Assembly: GCA_033442325.1 (NCBI GenBank) | Contig: JAWQFM010000033.1 | Coordinates: 606,540-630,775, forward strand | Length of the DNA: 24,236 nucleotides | Source: Salpingoeca rosetta | Lineage: Eukaryota > Protista > Choanoflagellata | Reading direction: 5' to 3' | Shown here: in pieces, positions 11,045 to 22,800 of the stretch | How positions within the stretch are numbered: the first letter of the stretch is position 1 | Layout: each line of letters begins with the position of its first letter | The notes under the pieces: generated by a model | Told to the model about the DNA's origin: nothing | Database searches by the model: none | The model's input: the letters and a program-made list of their open reading frames with translations, nothing else | Position numbers and translations under genes: made by a program

Positions 11045-12195
11045 GTGCGACGATGACTGTTGTGCGTGCATGCGCACATTTGCCACCACATCACCAGCAA
11101 CACCGCCGCTTAGCACGACGCAAATACACTGCGCTCATTCGATCGGTACCTGCGTCTTGGCGCTGTCAGAACCCTGAAGAGCATGGGGCGACTGAACAAC
11201 ACATATTTCTTCTACGCCTCAGGTTGCATACGCAGTGCCTCTTGTGTTCACGTGTGTGTGCGTTTGTGTTTGTGTTTGCGTGTGCGTGCATGTGTGCTTC
11301 TGCGCGTGTGTTGAGTGCCTGTGAGTGTGTACGTGCGCGTATGCGCGTGTTTTTACCTTTCCGTTCGTGGCACGATGTACATTGTGTGCATATGTGTGCA
11401 TGTTTCGTCGTAAGTTTCAAGTGTTCTTCTGTTTGCTCACGCTGGCACGACAATCGACATTGACTCAAAACAATGTCAGATCACGGCTATCATCTTGGCA
11501 ACTTTGCGGTTGGTGCCAACGCGCATGTATACACACATGCACACACGTGCACATGCACATATGCACACACATGCACATATCCGAACTATGGGTGCCACTG
11601 CTGCGTTTACTGTTGCTTTTGCTGTTGCTGTTTCTGCTGCTCCTCTGCTCACCTTATGACGCCACCTCGCTTCCTGTGCACAACGCAACAGGTCCTCAAG
11701 GATAAACGCCTGCCCTACGAAACAGACCTTCGCATCCCAGCCGTTGTTCGTGGGCCACACATCAAACCAGGTGTGTCTAATCGTGTGTGTGTGTGTGTGT
11801 GAATCTTATTGTGAGTTGTGTATATCACCATATGTGTGTTCGCGTGTGCGTGTGTACATCATATATTTGTGTGTACTTGTGTATGTGTGTGTGTGTGTGC
11901 GTTTTCGCGTGTGTTGTGTACATCATGTGTGGCGTTGTATCTGGACCTCTGCCACACGATGTCGCTGTCGTGATGGCATCTTCCCTTTTACTCAGCGCGT
12001 GCTCTGCTGCTTTGCTGGAATGACACCCCCCTCCCCCTCGTGCCCGTACTTGGCTGAACTTCCTCCTCCCCCGACATCTCATGCAGGTCATGTCGTTCGC
12101 TCCCCCGTCACTCTCGTCGACTTTGCACCAACGTTCCTCGACATTGCTGGCGCGCCAGTAAGCAGCCTCGTGTGTGCGTCTGCTTGTTTGTTTGC

Positions 12196-12249
<54 letters not shown>

Positions 12250-13807
12250 ATGCGTGCGTGCTTGCGTGTGTATGTGATCTCAGCTTGGCTGGCGAGATGC
12301 AGTGTTTGCGAGAGCCTGCATCCGAGCACACATGCCTGTGCCCTCGCGTTTGGGTGGTGGTGCTGGAAGCGAAATGCCTGCCCTTGTTCGAGTGGCCTGC
12401 CTGGCAGTTACAGTCTCACCCCATTGCCACACCTTCACAATGCATCAAGATCCCAGACACGATGGATGGCGTCAGCATGCTCCCAGTTCTCACCGGCCAA
12501 GAGGTGTGCCCATGTGTGTGTGTGTGTGTGTGTGCTGTTCACTGTGTTTGCTGTGTTTACTGTGTTGATTTATTTATTTATTTATTTGTTTGTTTGTTTG
12601 TTTGTTTGTTTGTTTGTTTGTTTGTTTGTTTGTTTGGCTATCTCTGTGTTTGGCTGTCTCTGTCTCCGTCAACCTTTTGTACCATGGCGACACTTTTTCA
12701 TCCGTCACACTCTTCCCTTCTCGTTCCTAACTCTCTCCCTTCTGCACACCGCACTCCGTTGCACCCCACCCCAACCCCACCCATTCTCCCTCGCCCTCTG
12801 TCCCCCAACCGAAACTTCAGGCTGATGTGCGAACGGACTTCCTCGTTGAGTATCACGGGGAGGGGCAGCCGCCGTCAAGCCAGCGGCTGCCATGCCTCGT
12901 CCCAGATATGTCATGCATGCTGGTGCGTGCTCACTCGCTCGCTCGCTCGTGCGTGGGCTCGTTTGCATTCGCACGTGCTCAACCCTGTTCCTTGTGGGTG
13001 AATCCCTTTTTTCTTTCGCCCGTTTGCATGTGCGCTTCCTGCACATGTTGTGTGTGGTTGGGTGTATATGTGTGTGCATCATCGTGTGTGTGTGTATGTG
13101 TGTGTGTACATCATTGTGCATGTGCATACATGTACATGATTCCTTGTTAACTGCTCACATCACACCCCCTGATGCGGCTGCTGCTTCCACTCAGGTTGGT
13201 CCTGAGATGGAGATGCATCCACCGCGATGGCCGCACGCGCCAATCTGCAGCTGCCAAGATGCACACAACAACACATACGAGTGTGTGCGAACACTTGACC
13301 GCCAGAGTCAGTAGATGCATGGGTGTAGTGTGTGTGTGTGTGTGTGTGTTTGGGGGTGATGTGGATTGAGCGAGGACCTATGCGTGGGTTGTTTGCTTTG
13401 GCACAATAGCACAGCATGTTTGATTGCCTGCCAGAGTGTCCTATACGCACCCAATCGCTTGAATATTCCTTTCTATTTTCACTCACTCACTGGCACGTAA
13501 CATCTGTTGCTATCGCACGCATGCACGCACACATATGTGTGTCCATCCGCCCGCACTCTTCCTCATTACCCTGCGCCCGCTCCCCCGCTGCGTTCAAGAT
13601 GGACTGAACACGCTGTACTGCGAGATGGAGTCTGGATTCAGGGAATTCTACAACATCACAGGCGACCCACATCAGCTGGTGAATGCCATTAACACGACAG
13701 AACCAACGCTCATCGCACAACTGGCTCGCCGCTTGCACGCTCTCAAGCAATGCAAGGGCCCTTCGTGTCGTCAGAGACACACAGCACAGCACAACCCAAC
13801 GTCTTAA
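7485..13807 (+). CDS. GNS: N-acetylglucosamine-6-sulfatase (GNS-like, family S1 formylglycine sulfatase), multi-exon, with a hydrophobic signal-like N-terminus
   Basis: Exon 1 (7485-7680) has a hydrophobic leader and [10 protein letters not shown]. The exon at 8142-8324 (duplicated at 8453-8635) has the CxPxR signature [18 protein letters not shown]. Later exons give [161 protein letters not shown] and CKGPSC, with TAA at 13805-13807. These motifs are collinear with vertebrate GNS as I recall it. Confidence 0.92.
8127..8726 (+). repeat. Tandem duplication (period 311 nt) of the sulfatase catalytic exon plus the adjacent (GT)n tract
   Basis: 8142-8324 and 8453-8635 read as identical 183-nt exons. 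Each has a ttgcag acceptor and a gtgcgt donor and is followed by a long (GT)n run and ttgcatgtgt. Confidence 0.93.
9446..9585 (+). repeat. (TATG)n microsatellite in a GNS intron, directly upstream of an acceptor
   Basis: Seen directly in the sequence. Confidence 0.95.
10495..10569 (+). repeat. (CTCA)n microsatellite, intronic
   Basis: Seen directly in the sequence. Confidence 0.9.
10765..11043 (+). repeat. (GTT)n microsatellite interrupted by TTAA/TCAGTA, in a GNS intron
   Basis: Seen directly. It generates the spurious poly-Leu ORF at 10969. Confidence 0.95.
12568..12635 (+). repeat. (TTTA)n(TTTG)n compound microsatellite, intronic
   Basis: Seen directly in the sequence. Confidence 0.9.
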
Positions 13808-14390
13808 GCTCCTTACCATGTGTGTGAATATGTGTGCTTTCCTTTTTGTCGTCGTTGTTGTTTCATTTTCGTGTACAGATGTCTCTGAATCCAGGCTGTG
13901 TTGTTCAAGGTGTTACCCCCCCCCCTACCTGCGGTGCATTGACTGTGGGGCAGTTGAGCGGCTTGAACTACCCCCGACTCGCGCACGTGCTACTGACCGA
14001 CACCCAGTATCTTTGGTGCAACCGTTAAACAAAGTACAACAGAGAATTCAGGGAATTCAGATGCAATCTCAGGTACTGGGATGTCTCTCATGTCCCTCGC
14101 AGTTTCCTCCATGAGGCTCTCGAGGCAGGCATTGCTGTTCTCTCCCAAACGCATCATTGTGTGCAAAAGGGTGTCCTTGTAATAGTATAATATCCTATTT
14201 CAAGGCGTTTTTGCCTGAAGTCAGTCTGTCAGTTAGGTTTATTTTTGCCCAACACACGCAAAGTCGTTACAGAGACGAAACAGGCAAGATGGTGCTGCTG
14301 TTGTGGCCGTGGGGTGTTTGACACATCGGAATGACCAGTGTGCTGAGCAAGCTGAAATGAGCAAGCAACCTCACATCCGACTGTCTGGTG

Positions 14391-14444
<54 letters not shown>

Positions 14445-14493
14445 ACACGCTGTGTTGTTTTTGTTTTGCAGCGTGAAGACTTGAGCTTGAACC

Positions 14494-15486
14494 ATGGCAG
14501 TGAACGTGCACGCGACGAGCGTCAACACAGGCGCATTCTCCCGCAATGACATGATCGAGTGGGTGAATGACTTGCTCAAGCTCAGCTACACCAAGGTTGA
14601 GAACCTCTGCACAGGTACGTACAGCATTCGTTCAACTGCCTCTCCAAACGCGTGTGTGTGTGTGCGTGTGTGCGTGTGTGCATGCATTTTGGGCTTCTCT
14701 TCGTGTAATGTACTTTCCTTTTGCCGCACTGCTTGAACTCTAACATCGTCGCTCATTCACACACCCATGGCCATGCTTAGGCGCAGCGTACTGTCAGCTG
14801 ATGGATATGCTGTGGCCAGGCCTGGTGAACTTGAAGAAGGTCAAGTTTGACGCCAAGCACGACTACGAGTTTATCGAGAACTTCAAGATCCTTCAGGTGG
14901 GTTCACCTGATGCGGTAACGCTGTTGGCAGCCGGCAACTGCCTCATGTGCCATAACCATGCCCGTGTAGTTGTGGTTGCTGACTGCTGCTGCTGCTGCTG
15001 CTTGTCTTCATGTCACCACAGTCGACGTTCAAGAAGAAGAAGGTGGACAAGGAGATCCCTGTGGAGCGTTTGGTCAAAGGCCGCTTCCAGGACAACTTTG
15101 AGTTTGGCCAATGGTTCAAGAAGGTACAGTAGTGGGCGTTTGTACTTGGCTTGTTTGAAATGTGTGGTGTGTGGTTGCGTGCATGGGTATTCGTGCTTGC
15201 GCATGTGAGTATGTTTGCACACGAGTGTTTTGCCTGCATGAACTACAAAGCATGGCATCTCTATCACGCACTGACACGTGTGTGTGTGTGTGTGTTTGTA
15301 TGTGTGTGTGTGTGTGTGTTGACCAGTTCTTCGATGCAAACTACGGCGGTCACGACTACAACCCCGAGGACAGGCGTGCCGGCAAGAAGGTTGCCGCCCC
15401 ACCCTCCCTCAACGAACCTCCCAAGAAAGGACGCACAAAGCGTATGATGTCCTTGCGTCACGTGGTGTGTGTGTGTGTGGTTGTGT

Positions 15487-15547
<61 letters not shown>

Positions 15548-15986
15548 CCACAGCCTTGTCGGACATATCCACCACCATCATGACCATCACATCCACCACC
15601 ACCAACACTGCTACCACGACCGACATGATCACCACCACGATCACGGCTAGCGTCGGGGATGAAGGCGCAGTCGACAGGTGCAACGACCGCTGCTTCCGGC
15701 CGCACGCGCGCTGCTGGCAAGACACCAACAGGAGCATCATCATCTTCAGCAACAACAACAACGCCGAGGAAGGGTGGTGGTGGCGCCTCGTCATCGTCGT
15801 CCAATGCCGCCGTTGCTGCGGAGCTGAAGGAGAAGAACATTGAGATTGAGCAGCTGAAGGCCGAGGTCATATATGAACGTTGCTGCTGCTGCTGTTGGCG
15901 TGGGAGGGGAGTGTGATTGACTGCGGTTATGGAACTGGTTGTTTTGCTCTTTGAGGATCTATCCGTCTGCGCCTTTCACGAACGTA

Positions 15987-16036
<50 letters not shown>

Positions 16037-16443
16037 CTCTCTCTCGTACACGCGTGCTTGCATACATGCAGCGGGAGCAACTGCTGCTGACGATCAACGG
16101 CCTGGAGAAAGAGCGTGACTTCTACTTTGGAAAACTCAGACAGCTCGAGGTGAACACGATACGCACAGCCGTGGACAGAACCAAAGCTCATCACACACGC
16201 ACTTGCACATACACACGCACACAGTCTCTCTTTGCAAGTGTACTGTTTGCTCGTTTGATTCATGCGCACACACACACACACTCTCTCTCTCGCTCACCTG
16301 CGCGTGGCGGTTGTTTTGACTGTCAGGTTGAGTGCCAGGAGGGGACGGAGACGCTTCCTGTGGAGCACATCCTGAGCGTCCTTTACGAGACGGCCGAGGG
16401 TTTTGTGCAGCCAGAGAGCGATGACGAGGAACAGCACAGCTGA
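14494..16443 (+). CDS. EB1: Microtubule end-binding protein EB1 (MAPRE family), 7 exons, 287 aa
   Basis: Exons: 14494-14614, 14781-14896, 15022-15123, 15327-15441, 15651-15865, 16072-16149, 16327-16443 (864 nt, in frame). CH domain: [62 protein letters not shown]. This is followed by an S/T-rich linker and the EBH domain [29 protein letters not shown]. Confidence 0.96.
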
Positions 16444-16924
16444 GCTGCACATCCCTGTCCATCAAACCTTCTTCCAACACATACACACACACGCGCGCGC
16501 GCGCGAACACACATACACGTACACATACATGCATTTACATATACTGCGTACGCACACGCACATACACAAGCGCATGCACACACATGCGTTCCGTTTATTC
16601 TTGCCGATTTGTGTGTTGTGATGGTGGGTGCGCATGCGTGTGTATGTGCGTGGTGGCCCGCTTGCCACGGCTTTCTGTTGGTTGTGCTGTTTCCGTGCTG
16701 TTGTTCCAGAAAGCACACGTGTCCCTCCGTACACCCTTGCTGTGTTTGTTTGCGGTCACATGCCCTGTCCCGTAGCACGTGGTGCTTTGTCTGTTGCCCA
16801 TGCTTATGTCGTTGTGTCGTGTGTTTATTCCTCCATCTTCGTTCGAACGTGCAATAGAAACCTACAACGCAGCTGTTGTGATTTGAACATGCGCGCGTGT
16901 GTGTGTGAATGTGTGAATGTGAGT

Positions 16925-17038
16925 GAAAACTGGTTGAGATCTTACACCATTCTCAGCGCTCAGAGATGGGGAAGCAATCAAAAGCAAGCATAAAGGAAAC
17001 GGTGTGTACAAGCGTACGAACAAGTGCTTGAACGCGTG
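16925..17038 (-). repeat. Third, diverged copy of the arm 5'-region motif
   Basis: 16925-16983 aligns to 23943-24002 in the same orientation (53 of 60 positions by hand) and to the rc of 335-394. Weaker similarity continues to ~17038 (acaagtgcttgaacgcgtg vs acaggcgcttgcacgagtg). Confidence 0.85.
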
Positions 17039-17147
17039 CCTTCTATCTATCGGCGCCCGAGACGGCTTTTCCCAAGCATAAATACACACCAACGGCTGTC
17101 TCTCACTCAGCATGGTGACGTTGTGACACGTCCTTCACCACCACCAC

Positions 17148-17202
<55 letters not shown>

Positions 17203-17824
17203 CCCATGCTTCAATCGCCCACCGACGACCCTCACGACCAGGGCACCCGTGTCAACGAGCGGTGCAGCAGAGGCGGTGCTGGGAAGCCACTCGTTAACAA
17301 TCACAACCCAACCATTCCCTTGTCAAGCACAAGTGACTGTGACGCCGACCATCAACATCAGTGTGGTCGAATGGTTGTTCACATCACTTCTCATCACCGA
17401 CAACGACAACGACAATGCGACAACGCAGAACGGCAGACTGACAGTCAATAGAACAGTCTTTCAAACATGCACGCAAGCACACGCACATGCACACACACAC
17501 ACGCATCCCTCTCATCCCTCTCATCCCTCACATCCACACACACACATTCCATTTCTGTGCTCTGTTCACCGCAAAGCGCTATTCGTGATCACATACATCA
17601 CTGTAGCTTATGCAGTGTATTGCAGACACATATGGACGTGTAAGAAAGCAAAGCAAAGCAAAGCAAAGCAAAGAACAGCATCGTGTGCACATGCGCATGC
17701 ACGCAAAGCAAACACACTGTCCTCCACACGTCCCTCCCTCTCTCTCTCCCTCCCTTACACGTGTAGACATGCACTCCCCGCGCAATTACAATCAATCACG
17801 TACATGCACACACATGCACACGCA

Positions 17825-17861
<37 letters not shown>

Positions 17862-17903
17862 ACACATGGCTTCCTTTCTCCCAAGCGCGCGATCACGTCG
17901 AGC

Positions 17904-19812
17904 TCAGTCGTACAGCGGGATCTCCTTGATGATGTTCTTGATGCGGCCCAGCAAATCACACGACTGCGGGAGCTGCGAGCTCATCCCGACCAGCACCAAA
18001 TGACCCTGCTGCTTCTCCTCCTTCTCCTGCTCCCCCTTCCACTGCTGCTGCTGCCCCTGTTGCTGCTGCTGCTGCTGCTGCTCGAGCTGTTTCAACGCGG
18101 CCAGCATGGCGTCCTTGGTTGCCCTGTGTGCCCTCTGCGGTGCACTCTTGTAGAGCGCAGACCGGAGAGTGCACACGTAAAGCAGGGCGATCCAGTCATC
18201 CTCGATGTGGCGTTTCACTCGCTCGTCACCAGCTGCACGGATGTGTGCTGACCGCTCAGGCAGGTCCGTACGAAGAGCAACCTCAGCCGGCTTGAGTTTG
18301 GCCGCCTCCATGACATCGGCGTCGCAGCCAGCCAGTTCGAAGTCGATAAGAGAGGCTTTGTCGCCGCTCACGACCACGTTGGCACAGCGAATGTCATGGT
18401 GAACGAGACCAGCCGCTGACAGGAGAAACAAGCTGTTGCAGAGCTGCGCGACGTGCTGTTCGTGAATGTGAGCGCGGGTCGACCCGAGGTGGGGCACCGC
18501 AATCATCTGCGTGCCATTGCCACTGCCACTGCCACTGCTGCTGCTGGTGGTGTTGGTGGTGCTGCTCTTGCTGTTGGTGGCGGGGATGCGACTGCAAGCG
18601 CGTTGCCCGTTGACATACTTCCACATGTTTTCAATCTCTTCAGCACGCAAGTCGCCAGCACGGTGCCCAGTCTTGATGAACTTGCACACGTATCCGCTTC
18701 CTTTGTTGGCGACGGAACTGAGCACTTTCGGTGCCTCTGCTGACAGCACAGCGATAAGCACAACCAGCATCATGTGAATCACACCACACACGAGCACAGG
18801 CACGGGCGCAATGGTGCATACAACGCTGCATAGCGACCGCCTTTCAACCACACACAACCACACACAAACAAAAACAGAAGCAGAGAGGCAGAGAGGGAGA
18901 GAGAGGAGAGGATCGTGCACACGCACATATGCATACACGCACACATGCATACGCACACATGCACATACAGACGCAGACAAGCAAACAGCAAACAACACAC
19001 CTTTGCCGCTGTCGGGGTTGAAGTGCAGCACATGGGGCTTCATGACATTCAACGCAAAGTCGCTGCCATGCTCAATGTTCTGCTTGATGGCGTGGGCGTA
19101 CTTTGCGTGGAGGAAGTCCGCAAAGCAGGAAATGGCCATAGCAGCCTGCCCAATGTTCGTCATCGGAATGGAGATGATGTTGTGGGCGACCAGCTTCACG
19201 ACTCCACCGGCGTTGGCCACCATAAACTCAACAACGGTGGTCTGCACCGGGCTGACACGCAGCCCAAACATCGCCAGCCCAGCGAGCAGGGGCAGCTCCT
19301 CCAGAGGCACGTGCTCGCCTGCAATGCGGTGCACGTTCGCCACAATCGCGTGGTGTGCGTACGCTGCCAACTGGCCAAGCGAGTCAGCATCCTCGCCTAG
19401 CGTGAGCTCAAACACGGCCACTTTTGTGTTTGTGCGACCATCCACCATCACAATGTCTGTTTTGGGGCGGGTGCCTGGCTTGAACCTGGCCAACGCAAGG
19501 CGGCAAGCGCGACAAGAGCACGGGCACGTTCCCTGTAAGAAGTTGGCATTCGCAGCACCACAAGCAGCACAGGGCACGCAAGAGAGCGGGAACAAGGATA
19601 CAGCAAACACCCACTCCCCACCCCTCCAACGCCTGGACACAACATGCACCGCACAACGTACGTCATGATTGGGACCTCACTCGGGAACGCGACACCAGGG
19701 TCGAGGTGCGCAGCCGTGGCGCGAAGGTGCTCGGCGATATCGGTGCACATCTCCGCTTCGTTGGACCATCCTGTTGGCAGTGCTTTTGGCAAAGGCAGAC
19801 CTGCGAGCAAGC

Positions 19813-19857
<45 letters not shown>

Positions 19858-22800
19858 GTGTGTGTGTGTATAGGCAGGGGTGAGATGTAAGCGTGCACGC
19901 ATTGCACAATGGTGTCACAATCACATCTCACATCACAACCCTTCATGTGCGCTTGCGCACACATCGGCAATACACGACCAAACACCACATGATGATGACG
20001 ACGTTGACAAACGCTCCAAGGCCAAGTACACGTGTCTGCACGTGCACCTAAAACTGAAAGCAGTGCAAACACAGGCAACACTAGTCTTCGCCACGTCCTT
20101 ACCTTGTCGCAGGCCAAGCGTCACTTGGCGCCCCCTGGGGCGGGGCCCACGGCTGCTGGACACCTCCAGCACTGGTATTTCGTGAATCTTTGCAATCACT
20201 GCTTGCGGCGTGATGTCATCAGCCTTCAGCTCAAACTGGAAACGCGAAAACAAGCACGCATGCACACACGCACACATGCACATACACACGAGTGTGTTGA
20301 CACAAAGGTGTGCGGGACGAGCGGTTGATGAGAGGCATGGGGAGAAGTGCACATATGGCGGCACGTCGTTTAGTGATGGGTGGTGATGATAATGCCACCA
20401 AGCACATGACACACACACACACACACACACACAAGCACACAGTCGCACTCATATATTCTCGCTCGCACAAACACACGCACATGCACGTTTACAGAAATGA
20501 GCCCAGCACTACTGTTCCACCAGCACCGCCCGCACACACAGCGCAGCGGCGACGGATGTCATTGCATTGCAGCACCTGTTTTGCGAGTGGCTCTCGCCAT
20601 ATGTCGGTGAAGAACTGGGCATTGTCCGGCCAGTAGACGAGATACGGGTTCTTCTCGGGCTTGGTGATGCTGCTGGGTGGCGTCGTGAAGAAGAATTCTG
20701 CACGCACACACACACACACACAGCAGTGCAATCAGCGCGCATGAGGGGCGGAGAGGTGTCAAAACAAGCGTGAATGTGTCGCATGCGTGACTATGGTGGT
20801 GGAGGCTACCAATGCAAATGCCAACGACAGTAACTGTGACACAGTGACAAAGGCAGCGATAATTACAGTGGCAGTGGCAGTGGCAGTGACAACGACGATA
20901 CAAGCAAACGTGTTGTGCGCTGTGTGACATCAACGCAAAACGTCATGCACATACAAACACACGCGCAAACAAGTGCACACATGTCCGTGTGTCATCAAGA
21001 CAACCAAAACAAGCAGGGCCGTCTTCACCACCACATCCGCACGAAAACACACAAAGAGGTGGATGACAGCATACCGTCTCTGATCTCGGCAGGTGAGCTG
21101 ATCTTCTTCTCCGCAACGCGCTTCTCGATATCTTGGAGAGCAGATAAAGTGATAGTGGCCAGTCGGGGCGGGCCAGCAGCGGGCACAAGGCCGGCCTCCC
21201 ACGCTGTCGCCAGGGCGTCGTCCACCACCTGTGACACCACAGTCCACAGGTGCTCGGCACTTGTGGTGTGTGGCAGCGGCTCACCTGCCACCTGCAGCAA
21301 TGTCGTCAACGCGCGCACCCACACTTTGTGTTGCTGTTGCTGCCACTTCTTCCTCCATTCTTCTTCATCCCTCCTCCTCTCTTCTTCTTCTCTCATCCGT
21401 TTTTCTTCTTCCCCTGTGCTCTCGTCTTCATCCCTCATCCTCTTTTCTTCTTCCCTCATCCTTTCTTCTTCTTCCCTCACCCTCTCTTCTTCATCCCTCA
21501 CCCTCTCCTCTTCATCCCTCACCTTCTCCTCTTCATCCCTCATCCTTTCTTCTTCATTCTCCTTGATGATTTCCTCCATTCGTCTGCGCAGCTTATCACG
21601 CTGCACCAGCAGCGTGGCAAGCTGTTCCTCCAACTGAGTCACCTTCCTCTCTGCCGCTGTAATTGCCTGTTGGTCGGTCGGCAATGCCACACCAGCTTCG
21701 GCCTGTGCTTGCGTGAGCTCATTTCTCTTGTCCCCGATCCGCTGTGCATTCACGTTGCTCGCCTCCTGGATGCGTTGCTGTCTGTCGTGTCTGTCGCGCA
21801 TGCGTTGCTGCCTGTCGCGCATGCGTTGCTGCCTGTCGCGCATGCGTTGCTGCCTGTGCTGTTGCTGCTTCACTCGCTCAGCATCGCGCTTCACCCTCTC
21901 CACCTCCGCCATCATCCTCTCCATCTGCTCCCGCGCAAGAGCCGCCCAGACCTTGTCATGCTCCGCCTGTGCAGCCGCAAGCTGTTGTTGTGCGGCCCGC
22001 ACACCCTCTTCCTTCTCCTCCAATACGTGCTGTAATCTGTCAATCATTGAGCTGCACTCATCCAGGGTCCATCTTTCCAGCAGATAGAGCATGTCGTCCA
22101 TCCTGCTGCTGCTGCTGTTGCCGCTGCTGCCTTGCTGCTGCGCGCATTCTTCTTGCAACTGCGTGATGGTCGCAAACCGCGCGGCTGCCTCCGTTATGAT
22201 GGACGCCTGTGCATAACGGTGGTGTTGTGAGGGTGGGGTAAGAGGTGATACCAGTCTGTGGCGGGGGGTGTGAGGGGGTGGGGGATTCGGTTGCTGCATC
22301 GCAAGGCAGTGCTGTGTCAATGTGCTTTTGTGCATGCGCAATTGCAGAACCTTGGAGGCCACGCGGGTTTCAGTTCGCTTCAAGTCTCTCTGAAAAGAAA
22401 AGACGGGGGTGGATATTATGCACGAGAACATGAGGTGGGTGCGGGTATGAGCAAGATCGTGGCGGAAGCCGAAATCACAGCACGTGTTGTGGTGATTGCA
22501 CCGTGGTGGTGGTAGTGGTGGTGGTTGCACTGTGGTGATGGTTGGTGGCTGCGGTTGTTGTGGTGGTTGTTGCTGTCTGTGGTGACTGTGGTCGGTGGTT
22601 GACGTACCACGCTGTTGCGTGAAGCCTGCTGGTGTCGACAGAACGGCGTTGTGGTGGTTGAAAGGGGTTGGGCAGAGAGTGTGGGTGAGCACAGAGGGTG
22701 AATGCAAACATCACACACACACACACACACAAGCAACCGTATAGCAGCGGAGCAATGATAACGGCGCTGTGATGGTGGTTGCACTGTGACGGCGAAGATA

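Noticed and set aside
17024-17929. 301-aa + strand ORF and its 111-aa counterpart at 6984-7319 (-)
   Set aside because: It has no ATG start or recognisable domain and is largely microsatellite-derived. Its conservation is explained by recent duplication of the 3' flank.
17904-19649. The 581-aa ORF taken as a single-exon protein
   Set aside because: It reads through intron sequence (VCACVRMHVCV...). The conserved GT-AG sites at 19001/18739 and 19485, and the different intron length in the left copy, support splicing.
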